DNA of 53,190 bases, filler included, from Ionaspis alba (lineage: Eukaryota): NCBI GenBank assembly GCA_964255285.1. It is 2 parts of 2 records of this genome, joined end to end, with 100 filler letters (N's around TTAATTAATTAA, not from the genome) between each part and the next. Parts side by side here need not be neighbours in the genome. Positions count along the whole stretch, not along the records: positions 1 to 26,640 come from CAXUUL010000144.1; 1 more part is not named here. One strand, written 5' to 3'. Below are positions 11,563 to 23,041 of this stretch, piece by piece (the first letter of the stretch is position 1; each line of letters begins with the position of its first letter). The notes beneath the pieces are model-generated. The model saw only the letters and a list, made by a program, of their open reading frames with translations. It was not told the origin of the DNA and ran no database searches. Made by a program: the position numbers and the translations under genes.

Positions 11563-12216
11563 TTATTTCTTCTCCCGAGGATAGACTCTTCTCTTCAATA
11601 ACCCCATCTGCCTCCTCTCATCATCCCGCTCCTTCGACTCCAGAGCTATGACCGCCTTCTCCAACTCCTCCTCTCCATTCTCTCTATATCTCGTGACTTT
11701 AGCAATATTCTTCGCTGTCCTTTCTCTGATACCGCCCTCAGCAGCCCGCTCCTTCACTAGGGTCTTCGCTGTCATTGCAAATCGCATGTCTCGAGGCCCA
11801 TCCACCAGTTCTAATATGGCCGAAGGTGCTTGGTCTTCCTTTAAAGGCTCTATTCGGAGGACGCGAGTATACCCGCCAGGTCGAGAAAGATACCGGGTCC
11901 GCAGTTCGTTGAAGAGTTTGGGCATAAGTTCGAAGGGTTTCTTCTCATAATGAGTATACATAATAGACCTCCGATTGAATAGTACCCCGACAAGACTTAC
12001 GTAGAATATGCCTTGCACTCTATTCCGCGCCGCCTGTGTGTTCCGCTTGCCTAACGTGATGACCTTCTCCGCCAATCGCTGGGCCTCCTTCGCTTTGGGC
12101 CATGTTGTGGATATTGACTCGTGCTCGAAAAGGGATGTGACGAGATTGCGCAGGAGAGCTTGTCGATGTGACGATTTGCGGCTAAGATGGCGGTATTTGA
12201 TGGCACCGCCTGCCAT
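11563..12216 (-). CDS. MRPL8: Mitochondrial large ribosomal subunit protein bL17m
   Basis: LSRKSSHRQALLRNLVTSLFEHESISTTWPKAKE, RPGGYTRV. Probable 60-nt in-frame intron 11941-12000. Confidence 0.93.
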   Translation of the reverse strand: MAGGAIKYRHLSRKSSHRQALLRNLVTSLFEHESISTTWPKAKEAQRLAEKVITLGKRNTQAARNRVQGIFYVSLVGVLFNRRSIMYTHYEKKPFELMPKLFNELRTRYLSRPGGYTRVLRIEPLKEDQAPSAILELVDGPRDMRFAMTAKTLVKERAAEGGIRERTAKNIAKVTRYRENGEEELEKAVIALESKERDDERRQMGLLKRRVYPREKK

Positions 12217-12550
12217 TGCGGAGATACGAAAGGCTGGTCAATCGTAGAGGCGGACAGGTCTATGAGCCAGAGTCGAGCAGTCTAGCATCTGCCAATAATG
12301 TAAGCAGCCGATCCTTATTTTTGTGTTCTTCGAGTTGTAGTTAATCCACGAGGTCATTCGGGGACAAAGTTGGTGGTCGACCAATCAAATCAAGTTTGCA
12401 ATTGACAGTCTCGTGATTCCGCAAAGGAATTAAAAAGAAATACTTTTTGATGAAATTTCGAGTCAGTCCCACACGCCAGTACAGAATTTACACCATCAAT
12501 GAATCTCATGAGCGCGACTGAGCTGATATTAGGTTTAATTGAGCACCAGC

Positions 12551-12555
12551 AAAAA
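12551..12555 (-). terminator. Pol III terminator (T5) of tRNA-Thr
   Basis: TTTTT on the minus strand, starting 9 nt after the discriminator base. Confidence 0.75.
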
Positions 12556-12563
12556 GATCAATG

Positions 12564-12643
12564 TGCTTCCATTCGGAGTCGAACCGAAGACCTCGGCATT
12601 ACTTTTTACTAGTGCCGCGCTCTACCAACTGAGCTATAGAAGC
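12564..12643 (-). tRNA. tRNA-Thr(AGT) with a 7-nt intron
   Basis: GCTTCTA-TA-GCTC-AGTTGGTA-GAGC-G-CGGCA-CTAGTA[AAAAGTA]A-TGCCG-AGGTC-TTCGG-TTCGACT-CCGAA-TGGAAGC-A. All stems pair; A and B boxes intact. Confidence 0.95.
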
Positions 12644-12884
12644 TCGATGCTGGACGAGTCGTCGCTATATTCATTTATCAATATATTATCTGTAAAACGG
12701 GCTACCTGCTGGCTCATGATTGTCGACCCCGTACATTCATGAACGAGGAGCCTTAATTCACTAACCTTCGGAGATATCGTATTGACATTTAAGACCCGAA
12801 CAAACCATATACCTTTGCCCTACCCTAGTTGATCCACTCGACCTCAATTGCCCAACCACAACAGCCTGACTATAGTCGCAGGTC

Positions 12885-13273
12885 ATGGGATTCACCACAG
12901 GATTCGTACGTCTACCTCACCAGCCTCATCAAACCCACAGCAGTTGACCTAAGCCCTCCAGTTCTCCGGCTTCACCCTCACCTCCTCCCTGCTCTACCTC
13001 TCTCTCCTAAGTCACCAACGGAATCGAGCGCGCCAAGCACATTTGCTACATCAACAGTCACTACTACTTCATTCGATTGTGGATCCTAGTATCGTACCCA
13101 TAGAGGAAGCACCGCGATTCGTGGCCAGGAGAGTTAGCTGGGCGGAGACGTGGAAGGATAGGTGGAATGGTGAGGTTGAAGGCGCGGTTAGGTGGGCCCA
13201 AGGTGTGAGGTGGCACGATGTCAGAGAGGGGCTCGAGGGGAGGTGGAAGGGGTGGAAGGAGAGAAAGGAGTGA
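12885..13273 (+). CDS. MIC12: MICOS complex subunit Mic12 (Aim5-like)
   Basis: ATG 12885, intron 12906-12961. MGFTTGFFSGFTLTSSLLYLSLLSHQRNR...HQQSLLL...ETWKDRWNGEVEGAVRW, which I recognise as typical of filamentous-fungal Mic12. Confidence 0.8.
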
Positions 13274-13671
13274 TGAACCGTCCGCGCTAGGTCAAGTTCA
13301 CCGAGCTGTGGCATGCCGGCTATGTAGACACCGGCACAGGCTGAATGTCATGCTGTGCCACAGCTGTCTGATGAATGTTGAGAATGGTAGACCACGCGCA
13401 ATCATAAGTTAACGTCAAATCACTTTGCTCACAAGTTATGCACGTAAATATGATCTGCACACCCTCCCTTCTATGGCAATGAGACTAGAAAGTCCAGTTT
13501 TCCTCTGCAACCAGTGTCGAAATGCATGCATGCGCCTAGAATGCTTTCCCCCATATCCTTATCGCCTTGAAATACTCCTTGGATATCATTCGCCGTTAGA
13601 CCCACAATCCTTTTTTCCTGTCTAGAACCAATCCAATATCCACGAGGTGGTCTTTTGAACAACAAATTCCA

Positions 13672-16298
13672 TTACTCCAGACCATTACTTGGCTTCGAAT
13701 ACGTACCATTTTGGAAAGTAGGCATATCCTGTGCTGTACGATACGTCCCACTGCTTTGCCTGCTAGAGGCCTCTGATGGTGGAGGCTTTGGTGGCAGGTT
13801 AGCAGGTGTGCCCCACTTTGCAAGCGAGCTCTGTCCCTGTGGTTGGGCAGTCGTGGATTGACTTGAGACCTTACGACCGACGTGAGGGGCGGTGATGCGA
13901 GGCTGCGCAAATTGACCTGATTGTGGGATGAGAGGCACTTGTTGGCTATTTATCGGCGATTGACCGTAGGCTGAGTTTCCAATCCCGCTTTGGTGACTGG
14001 GAGGGGAGAGATATCCTGGGCGTCCGGTATGTTCTCCTGGTTTGTTCGCGTGAGCGTTAGATTGAGGGGAAGGAAAATGATTTGCCGGAATGAAAGCTCG
14101 TGTCTCGGGATTGAAGGCCTGCCGGTTGAAGCTGCCGGGTAGGGGGTGTGGAGAGCGACCTCCCGGCACATTTGAATGGTATGGTAGCTGTCCATATGGA
14201 TAAGGTGTGGCAGGGACATTCGTTGGTGTTGTGGGTGCTGGAAATTGCGGTTGGCCTAGAGCTTGGTATGTTGGCTGCTGTCCCTGGAAGTTCGGGTAGG
14301 GATGCTGAAAGTTCGCCTGCATTTGCGGCCACTGTTGATCGGACATCTGAGAATGAGGTCGAGATGATTGGCCATTGAAACTGAGGGCTGGTGAAGACAT
14401 TGCCGATGGTTGAGACTGCATCTGGTTCTGTTGTACTACGGGCTGGTAGTAGTGTTGAGGTACTTGCGGACCATATGGCATGAACGTCTGTTGACCGGAA
14501 TTTGGTGAATACCCACCCGGAACCATAGTCATAGGCATTGAGTGCATTGGCATAGGATACCCTTGTCCAGTTTGAATGGGTGAGTAGCCTTGATTGTAAC
14601 TCGAAGGCACTCCCTGGTATGGAACCTGCCCGTTCTGTTGTTGCATAAAAGGGCTTGGATAGGCCATCTGATTCATCATTTGATTGAAAGGTGCCCCGGA
14701 ATATTGCATGGCAGGATAATAAGCATTGTAAGATGACCGTGCCTCGAATCCGTCGTCGTTGTTCTTCTTCCTAGTCTTCTTCTTACCGTTGGTGGAGCTT
14801 GTCCTAGAAGTTTCATTTGGTGTATCTCCACTGGAGGGAGCTTCGATGTTCTCGGAGTCCTCGAAATCCTTGAAAATGCGATCTCTGGCTTCCTTGTATA
14901 CTGCCTCCCTTTCCTCGCGAGTCATACTAGCCTTATCCTTGGTGGATATGGAATCTGTAGGCGAAGCTACACCGGAAAGTCTCTGACTGTCATCGCCATT
15001 CTCGGACCCCGCTTTAGAAGGACCCAGGGAGCTTGCAGTTGTGTTCACGCCAGACCCTGTGTGCTGTCCATCTGCACCAACTCCATTACGACGCATTATT
15101 TTCATGGAAGGCTGAGTTGAGGCAGTGGCATCCACATCCACCGTCTGTTTCGTAAAGGCTGCTAAGGACGTCGGTCTGCAGATATTGATCAGAAGCTGCT
15201 GATAGCATTTTGAGATCTGGGCAACCTACAAGCGACAGTAGGGGGTTCGGTAAAGTCTTACAGCACTGATGTTATTATCGACGTAGTGTGTCAAAGCATA
15301 GTAATCACCAAGCCGATGTGCGAGAAGTCGGCAAAAGGAATTGCAAGGGGGTAAATCAAGAATAGGCTCTCTGGATATGGAGGTCAGCTTGCATTAAAAA
15401 CATTTTGCGGAGTCTACCAACTGTGAATCTTGTATGAAAGAAATCACACGTTGCTCAAGCTGAAGCAAGAATAATCGGTCCTTTGGGGATTGCATGGCCT
15501 CGATGAGCTTCTCGTCAGGCTCCTGGCACTTGTAGACAAAGGGAATTCCGTTCACTGGAAGCGTTTCTGCTCTAGGCATGTTTGACGGCACAGGCATTGG
15601 TGGTTGAAGCGACGGGACCGAGCCGTGTGCTCCCTGTTCAGCCAATCCTGGTACCATTTTCCGGCCGAGAGGAAGAGGACGTTGTGCAGCTGGACCCATA
15701 CGCTCGGATATTTCGTTGAATTGGTCTCGGAACGCTTTCCCACCTGCTTCCGACCCGATTCGAGAACTTGGCGCACCCGAAGCAGGGCCAGAATTGGATT
15801 CGTCTTCCTCAGCAGCTTTCAAACTGGCGCTGTCGTCTGGACGGAGGGACTCCTTTTCGTCCATTGCGAACGTGGTGCCCGATGTAACACTTCTGCCGTC
15901 GAGACTGGCAGCTTTGGTAGATGAAAAGGACAGATGAGATTTCTCTTCATCCAATCTTGGTCCTGTCTGGAGGCCCACGTTAGGGTCTGTGGATGGGACT
16001 TCTTGAGGCGTTGGTGAGTCGTCTTTCATGTCCAAATGTGCCATAGATCCTGAAAGATGGAAGACTGGCTGGTTGGAGGAAGTGCTGGATGCTCTTGGCG
16101 GATGATTTTCCTTCTTTCCTGATGGCCCACCGTTTACACCATCTCCAGAAAAAACTTGATTAGGAGTTGTACGGGGAGCCATTGCTGCAACCTAGAACCT
16201 GTCAATATGAAATGATTCCTAGGTGGGAATACTAGAATACATACACTCGCGAAGGATTTCTTCTGACCAGCAATGTTCAAAGCTGGCGAAGCCATCAT
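13672..16298 (-). CDS. R3H- and SUZ-domain RNA-binding protein (Rbs1-like)
   Basis: Four exons (first intron 16192-16244). KDRLFLLQLEQ, PPCNSFCRLLAHRLGDYY (R-x3-H), SUZ segment MTREEREAVYKEARDRIF, Q/P-rich tail. Confidence 0.88.
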
Positions 16299-17025
16299 GA
16301 CTGAAAGCACAGCAAAGAGTGACAGTAACCCAGGTCGATGAGGAATGGTAAACTCGTCAATGAATGATGTTCGGTGAAGCTGCACTGGACCTGGGCAGCT
16401 TGACGAAAGGAATGTAAAAGTTGGAGTATCAAGAAGTAAAAAATTAAGGAGAACACATTTCAAACTGATCCAAATGGGAGGCGAATGTATCTCTTGACAT
16501 TGTGGAGGCTCGCCATATGAACCTGTCGACAAGTGTCGCTTATGAAGAGGTTAGAGGTGGTGATATTGGGATACTTTTAACCCAGGTGACTGGAAAATGA
16601 CACAACGACCACTTTCAACGATTCTATCTCATCCCTACTCCTCTTGTCTTTGTGTAGACCTGAGGATGATGTAAGCCTGTTCCTGCTGATCTCTGGCTTT
16701 TTATGAGAAGAAAGAGGGATTTATCACGGAAGGTGCAAAGCGTCAAAAAGGCGGCGTCTGGGGTGGAGCTAGTCAACTAGTCTGCTGTGCGCGCCCCTGG
16801 TAGCGTGCCAAGCCCTGTGAGGCTGTAAGGCTCTTTGACGACGATCTCTAATTTCATGACTAGCTGCCTAAGGATTCATTATTCGGGCTTGCCTTCGCTC
16901 TTGAATACCTTTGTTCTGTAGTGAATAATCAACATTTTCGGCCCCTACATGACCAGCTGCTCACTTGCTATATCATCCTTCAAGAGAGCCAATCCATCTA
17001 CAAGACTCCGCATCCATACAATCCA

Positions 17026-18085
17026 ATGATTCGCAGCCGTGGAGGTTTCGTTGGAGGGCCTTCGAGAGCAAGTCCACAGACATTGTGTCAGAAGTGCTTG
17101 AAACGAGATAAGTGATTCATCAAACGTTCGAGGTGGCTTACTGACCTTATACCACGACACTACAGCTACGAATGCAAGTCAACCGCTCAGGAAAGACCTT
17201 ATACCTCTCGGCCCTCGCGGACACAACAGTTAGCAAATCCCAAGCTTGTTCCGAAGCTTACTAGCGATGTCCCAAACGACCTGCTACGAAAGTGTGCACC
17301 ACTCTTTCTCAACGGGCTGCTGTTATGCTAACAGGACTAGAAATGGGATCGCCGATGAGCAATTAGCAATAAAGGAAGCGGAAAGAGGTCGTAAACGTGC
17401 TGCGGAGGAGGACGGCTTTCGTTCAAGGCCACGCAAGCGTTCTAGATCTGCGTCGTCTTACTCTTCCACTTCCGTTTCTACCATTTCAACCAACAACTCT
17501 CGTCCAGCCTCTCCCAAACGTTCCAAGCTCGATGGCTCGAGAGCATACACATTATCGCAGCCTCAGAGTCTAGCTAGGTCTTCACACACTAAAAGCCTAC
17601 GAAAAAGAAGGAGAGATTCCTCATCGTCTGATCGTTCTTATTCGACGACTGACTCATCCTACGATCGAAGAAGACCGAAGGAGAAAGAAAATGACCGAAA
17701 TACTCGGCGACGAAGATCGTCAGTGAGCCCGGAGTATAGAGGAAGGGAACGTGATCAAGACGACAGGAGAAGCTATCGCTCAGTTAGGAGCCGTAGCAAC
17801 AGTATGGATAGAAGCAAGGTAGCACGCCATCGTACCTCCATGACCCCAGATACCCGGAACAACCACGACCGGAGCAATGGCCGACCTCAGGAAAGACCGC
17901 CTCTGCGCACCAGCGGAAGAAGGTACACCAACGACGATGACAGGTATGGTAGCAGTTACAGGGACGAGGGTCATGATAACGGGAATGAGACGCCAGCGAA
18001 GCATCCTCCGCCGCGGAAGGAGAGAAGTTTGAGCCCATTCAGCAAGCGTCTGGCGCTCACTCAGGCAATGAATATGGGTAGATGA
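17026..18085 (+). CDS. CCHC zinc-knuckle protein with RS-rich tail (ZCCHC10-like)
   Basis: ATG 17026; exons 17026-17107, 17156-17291, 17341-18085. LCQKCLKRGHYSYECKSTAQERPYTSRPSRTQQL; C-terminus RSLSPFSKRLALTQAMN. Confidence 0.85.
17108..17155 (+). other. Non-canonical AT-AC intron with U2-type signals
   Basis: Donor ATAAGT, branch TACTGAC 17139-17145, acceptor CAC. Removal restores CX2CX4HX4C; retention gives an in-frame TGA. Confidence 0.8.
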
Positions 18086-18646
18086 GGATTTGGAATGTCA
18101 GATGTTCGGAGCACGGGAGCCGGGAAAGATATGAATAAAATGATCGGAATACCCACTCTCCTCGCAGCAGGAGTTATGTCATATGCTCTTAAGCTTCTCA
18201 ATGATTAGTCTCCATTTCAAAATGATCGAAAATAAAGTCAAATGCCATCCAGATTGAAACTCAACCGCTCAAACCACCGCTAACTATAACAAAATAGCGT
18301 CAGGCCTACCACATATCCTGCCCTCTAGGCTGTGTACGCGCCACTACTTCGAGTGTCGTCATGGGCGTTGAGAGACCTCAATGTAGTGGAGAATCGTTAT
18401 AACCGTCACGGGCAACGGGGTTGTAGCGCGGTAGCAGCTTGAGACTCCTTGTCGACGTTCAACACAAAGGCGATTCGCGATTAGTTAACTAGCTAACCAA
18501 GAGTAGCAAGTCGGAATCGTCGAGCGGAAGGTACTGGGTTTTTCAGACGAGCAAAAGCATTACAATGTTGCCTGTGCTACAGCAATAAAGACGCTGCAGG
18601 CCTGCATCATCTCCACTCTCCACCTCCCATCACATCCTCGCTGTCT

Positions 18647-19201
18647 CTATGATCTAGGCTTCTCCTTCTTCTCCTTCCACAGCGCTGACAGACCGACACC
18701 TGAGACCTTCACAACTTTAAATCGCACACCAGGAATATCACCCTTGGCCTTGCCTTTTCGCCCGAAACCAGATAGTAGAACCTCGTCGTTCTCGTCCACA
18801 AAATTGAGACAACCGTCGTTTGGAACTGTAGACCATATCCGTTAGCAAAGCCTTGATAACATCGCAACGTCCACCTTGTGGTCTGCCAATCCTTCCTTCG
18901 CCTCCTCAACTCCCTTTGCTGACTCGGAGAGCACGAACATACCGAAAGCAGTAACCTTTTTCCCGTTCTTGATCAACTGCACTCTGACACACTTTCGGAT
19001 AGCACTGTTAGGCTGCTTGGCCTCAACTCCGACCTTTTCCAGCACTATGCCCTTGGCGTGTGATGAGCCACCGAATGGTGATGATTTATAGGCTGTTCCG
19101 AGAAGACGCTTCTTGTAGGAGAGATCAGCCCAGCGGCCTTCGCGACGATGGTTCCGGAGTTTGCGGGCGGCGTTGAGACCGCGGGGCTTGCCTTTACCCA
19201 T
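18647..19201 (-). CDS. RPS23: 40S ribosomal protein S23 (uS12)
   Basis: [15 protein letters not shown]...[12 protein letters not shown]...[16 protein letters not shown]...KEKKEKPRS. Coding intron 18826-18942; probable 5'UTR intron 19207-19294. Confidence 0.98.
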
Positions 19202-19572
19202 GATTGCTGGGGGATATTATCAGCCGGGGCCTTAAGAGGTAATACAGCTCGATAGTGGTTTTCACGATGTGATCTATCCGCTGGAGAAACCTACCGATTG
19301 ATTTGTGGTCGCGTTGTTGGGATTATTGGTGCTTTCGTCGTCGATGAAATTCGAGCTTCAAAGTTGTGGGTAAGGCTGCCCTTAGCACGGTCCGTCTCGG
19401 CGGTGGGTTTTTCCGATGTACTTCAATAATGTGTTTCTTGTGCTAGCAATTTCTGAGCGTAAATGAATCGTTGGCAGGAATGATAATGTCCCGTTATGGT
19501 CAGGAAATAACCAAGATGGTTGCAAGAGTCGCGAACGAGCCCAATCTACCGTAATTCTTCCAATCGCTCAAA

Positions 19573-20364
19573 ATGAGCACCAACGACTCTCCTGCTCCCA
19601 AGACCTCCATGCTCTCTCCAACATCCGCAACCTCGTCTCCCCGAAATCCTCAGCGTCCTCCTCCACCATCACTCTTCTTGGGTCCTCCATCACGTAATGC
19701 CTCTAATGTCTCTCTATCCTCTCTTCATCCAGCAATCTCGAACACTTCCACCATCTCCCAGACGCGTGCTCCGCTCAAAAATCGCTCTGCGCGTGGTCCC
19801 GAGTCCATACAAGCTATAGCGTCGCCCCTTGGACGTTCATCGCAACAACAGCGCCAGCAGAAAGAGCGTCAGAGTGAGGGTGATCGCACCGATGCCTTAT
19901 GGGCAGAAATGCAAGCCACGCTTGCGGAGGTGGAGTTGAGTGCCACTCGAGGTACCCATTTCTTTGGGCCCCAGCACTCCGCAGCATTGGAAGAGCTTCG
20001 AATCTCACAGATTGCTCTAGCGCAAGCATGGGCGCGGAGTGAAGCTGATGAGATTGTCGATCATCCTGGGGAGCACGAGCCTGGGAAGCACGATGCTGGC
20101 AATGCCAGCCGACCGGGCACCTCGGGAAGTGCAAGTGATGCTGGAGTGGGCAAGTCATTGGAAGAGGAGACGGAGGGAGATTTGCTGCTGGCGAGGAAGA
20201 GGAGAGAAGCGAATGATAGGTACTTCTCTCGAGTACACGATGGAGTGCTAGACGTTGTGGGAAAGCTGGAGGAAGTTGCTGCTGCAATGGGGAAGGTCGA
20301 GAAAGAGAGCAGAGATATCTGGAGTGAAACCGAGAGCATGGAAAGTGCTTCTGTGGTTTCTTAA
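19573..20364 (+). CDS. Fungal hypothetical protein (disordered N-terminus, helical core)
   Basis: 263-aa single-exon ORF with protein-like helical segments DALWAEMQATLAEVEL...LEELRISQIALAQAW and RREANDRYF...VVGKLEEVA. Confidence 0.8.
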   Translation: MSTNDSPAPKTSMLSPTSATSSPRNPQRPPPPSLFLGPPSRNASNVSLSSLHPAISNTSTISQTRAPLKNRSARGPESIQAIASPLGRSSQQQRQQKERQSEGDRTDALWAEMQATLAEVELSATRGTHFFGPQHSAALEELRISQIALAQAWARSEADEIVDHPGEHEPGKHDAGNASRPGTSGSASDAGVGKSLEEETEGDLLLARKRREANDRYFSRVHDGVLDVVGKLEEVAAAMGKVEKESRDIWSETESMESASVVS

Positions 20365-20912
20365 TACCAAAACTTACTTTTCACCGGAGAACGAAGTGTC
20401 CTTGTTCACGTATTGCTGCAGCTGTAACCCTCAGGGTTCAATCCTAGAAATCACTCACCGAGTCTCTTTCGTCTTGCGGAAGCTTCTTATTGCACTAACA
20501 GTCCTTAAGTTGGATATCTACAGTTGAAGCGCCTCCTTTATTGTGATTGAGCACCAGAGCTTCATCTCAAATCTGGAAGGTGCTCTGGTCATTTCCGCCA
20601 AGTTGACTCACTTCCGCACTCGCTCCAACAGCACCCAATAGCGAGAGGTTTAAAGCATCACGAACCACCATTTCTTCCACCGTAATTTGGGGTAAATTCT
20701 TGTCAACCCTTCTTGCGACATCTTTTTGGTCCATGGTCGTGGAGCTGCCCAAGTGGTCACCGTTTTTGCATGCATATCGAGGATTGACGATTAGGTTTTG
20801 AAGTCGTTATTGATTCTTCTATGAGATAGTTCCCAGCTGACATAGCCTAAGGCGTCAAAGTTCACCGCGTATATTTACGCTACCGTTCTGTCATTGGCAG
20901 TGACCTCACAGC

Positions 20913-21712
20913 ATGGACCCTCCAATTGGAGATGTTGCAGATCTCACCATATCGAGCCCTGAATCTGACGCGAAAGAAACTTCAGTCGACCGAACGAGCC
21001 CCAAGTCCAGGAATCAGCGTGTGAGGTGAGTCTATATCTGTCGATAGATAATAAGGCGTCAAAGCTGACGCCCCATACTCTTAGGTTATTTGATGACATT
21101 GCTTGTTTGGTTGTGGGCCCTGAAGAGCGTGTGATCAAGATCCACAAGGGTTTGCTGTGCTCAGAATCAGCCTACTTCAAAGCAGCACTAGGCGGGCGAT
21201 TTAAGGAAGCGCAAGAGCAGAGGATTCAGCTCCTGGAGGAAGACCCCGATGTCATGGACCGATTTCAACGATGGATCTACACTCGAAACCCTTACGAGAA
21301 AGGGGAAGTAGTGAAGGATGCCTCTTGGGATCTGCTTGTCGAACTCTGCGTTTTTGCGGACAACCGTCTCGTAACCAAACTTCACAATCTTATGATCGAT
21401 CATATCATTGAGAAGGAAGACCTGACCCATGAGATACCAGCCTATAAACTTACTTTCGTCTATCAGAAAACACTGCCCTCGTCGCCGATTCGCAGATTGC
21501 TGGTAGATCTGTCAGCTCGATTGGGACTCATCGACACCTGGGGTATAGTGAGCGAAGACGAATCTAGACGCAGGGAATACCCGGAACTATTCTTGAGAGA
21601 GCTCGTTGTGGCACTCTATAAAGACAAGAAGTCTAAGGAACCAAGGAACTTTGAGGTGTTCAGCTGCGACTATCATGTTCACTCTGAAGGAGAAGCTCGA
21701 TGCTCCTCGTAA
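20913..21712 (+). CDS. BTB/POZ domain protein (copy 1)
   Basis: ATG 20913, intron 21026-21084. LVVGPEERVIKIHKGLLCSESAYFKAALGGRFKEA...DRFQRWIY. Confidence 0.88.
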
Positions 21713-22214
21713 GAGTCGTTGTGGGTTAGGAGTTTACTGTACAATTGCAGACTTGGATAGCAAGACCGTTGATGGACGGAGTCGCTGAATACATGCCTTC
21801 TGAAATGGTATAGAGCGTATGAATGATGTGCTCCGCTCATCAAATCTCCATCACAGAATTTAGCGGCTTATAGCAGCTAGCTAACTAGTGCTGAACCTGT
21901 GATGAGATGCTACTTATCTCGAAACCCGCGAGCGGTCATGCATGGCATCTTGTACATCTGAAGCTGGTGCGGAGGTCAAGGAAGGGAATATAAAGCATAA
22001 AAATATTCGCTATGCAAAGCATGTATTCGTGCTACGTTCTACAGATTAATCAGCCGACACTATCGCGCGCGCTTCTACATCACCAGCCAATATACAAATC
22101 AACATTACAACAATTCCCCGAGCATCGTCCGTGTCGCAGACTTTCTCTCTTAGATGCTCAACCTGACTGACCAGTCCCTTGCTCTGCTGCTGAAAATAAT
22201 GCTCTGCTGCCGCG

Positions 22215-23041
22215 ATGACACCAGCTTCACTGACGGCTGAGCATTCGAAGCAGCAGCTTTCAGTGTGAGATAAAGCTTGCGATTCTTCGGTTGATCGTAC
22301 GCTAACAACCGCCTAGCTCTGAATTTGATCATCTCTTTACGGTCGAGATTGGACCATCAAAGAAACCGTTCTCTCTTCACAAAGCACTACTCATTAAGTA
22401 TTCCAGCTATTTTCGAGGGGCACTGGATGGAAGATTTAGAGAAGCTGGCGACGGAACAGTCCTTCTCGAGGACGAAAGCTGGAAGATCTTCAAAGTCGTC
22501 AAGCAATGGCTCTACACCCAGCATTTAGCCAGCACCCACAAACAAGAAGAGGACTTAGGTTATCGGAAGCTACTTGAGGTCTACGTTTTCGCAGACAAAC
22601 GTGGAATGCCGAAACTTCAAAACCACATCGTCGACGTCTTTTTACGTAAGTGTGAGAACGAGAACACTGTTCATTTCCACGACGCGGCATTTATCTACGA
22701 CAACATTGCAGAGAATTCGCCTTTGCGTCAGCTCGTGGTAGACTTAATTGCGTATTTCATCCAATTCAAGGCCAAGGACACTGGTAGAGTGCTGAAGTCT
22801 TCGATGGGAGTAACAAAGGAAATAATGGTCGACGTTCTGGTTTCGATGCAGACCAAGAATCCTTACAAGACCTGGGCAGATTTCAAACCCTCTGACTATT
22901 ATGTCGACGATATCAAAAGCACTGAGAATCGTGCTATGTCCACCCTCCCAGGTATGTGGTACGATCTTGTATCACTAGATCACGAGGATGTCTAACCCTT
23001 CTCTAGGGCTTATGAACAATCTGACAGCCTCTTTGGAATGA
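22215..23041 (+). CDS. BTB/POZ domain protein (copy 2)
   Basis: ATG 22215, introns 22265-22316 and about 22952-23006. VEIGPSKKPFSLHKALLIKYSSYFRGALDGRFREA...KQWLY...YVFADKRGMPKLQN. Confidence 0.85.

Noticed and set aside
17108..17155. U12-type (minor spliceosome) intron
   Set aside because: Donor is ATAAGT rather than ATATCCTT and the branch is TACTGAC rather than TCCTTAAC; the signals are U2-type.
22400..22430. Suspected frameshift making BTB copy 2 a pseudogene
   Set aside because: Recount gives TTT CGA GGG GCA CTG, in frame; the ORF track simply starts at a later ATG.
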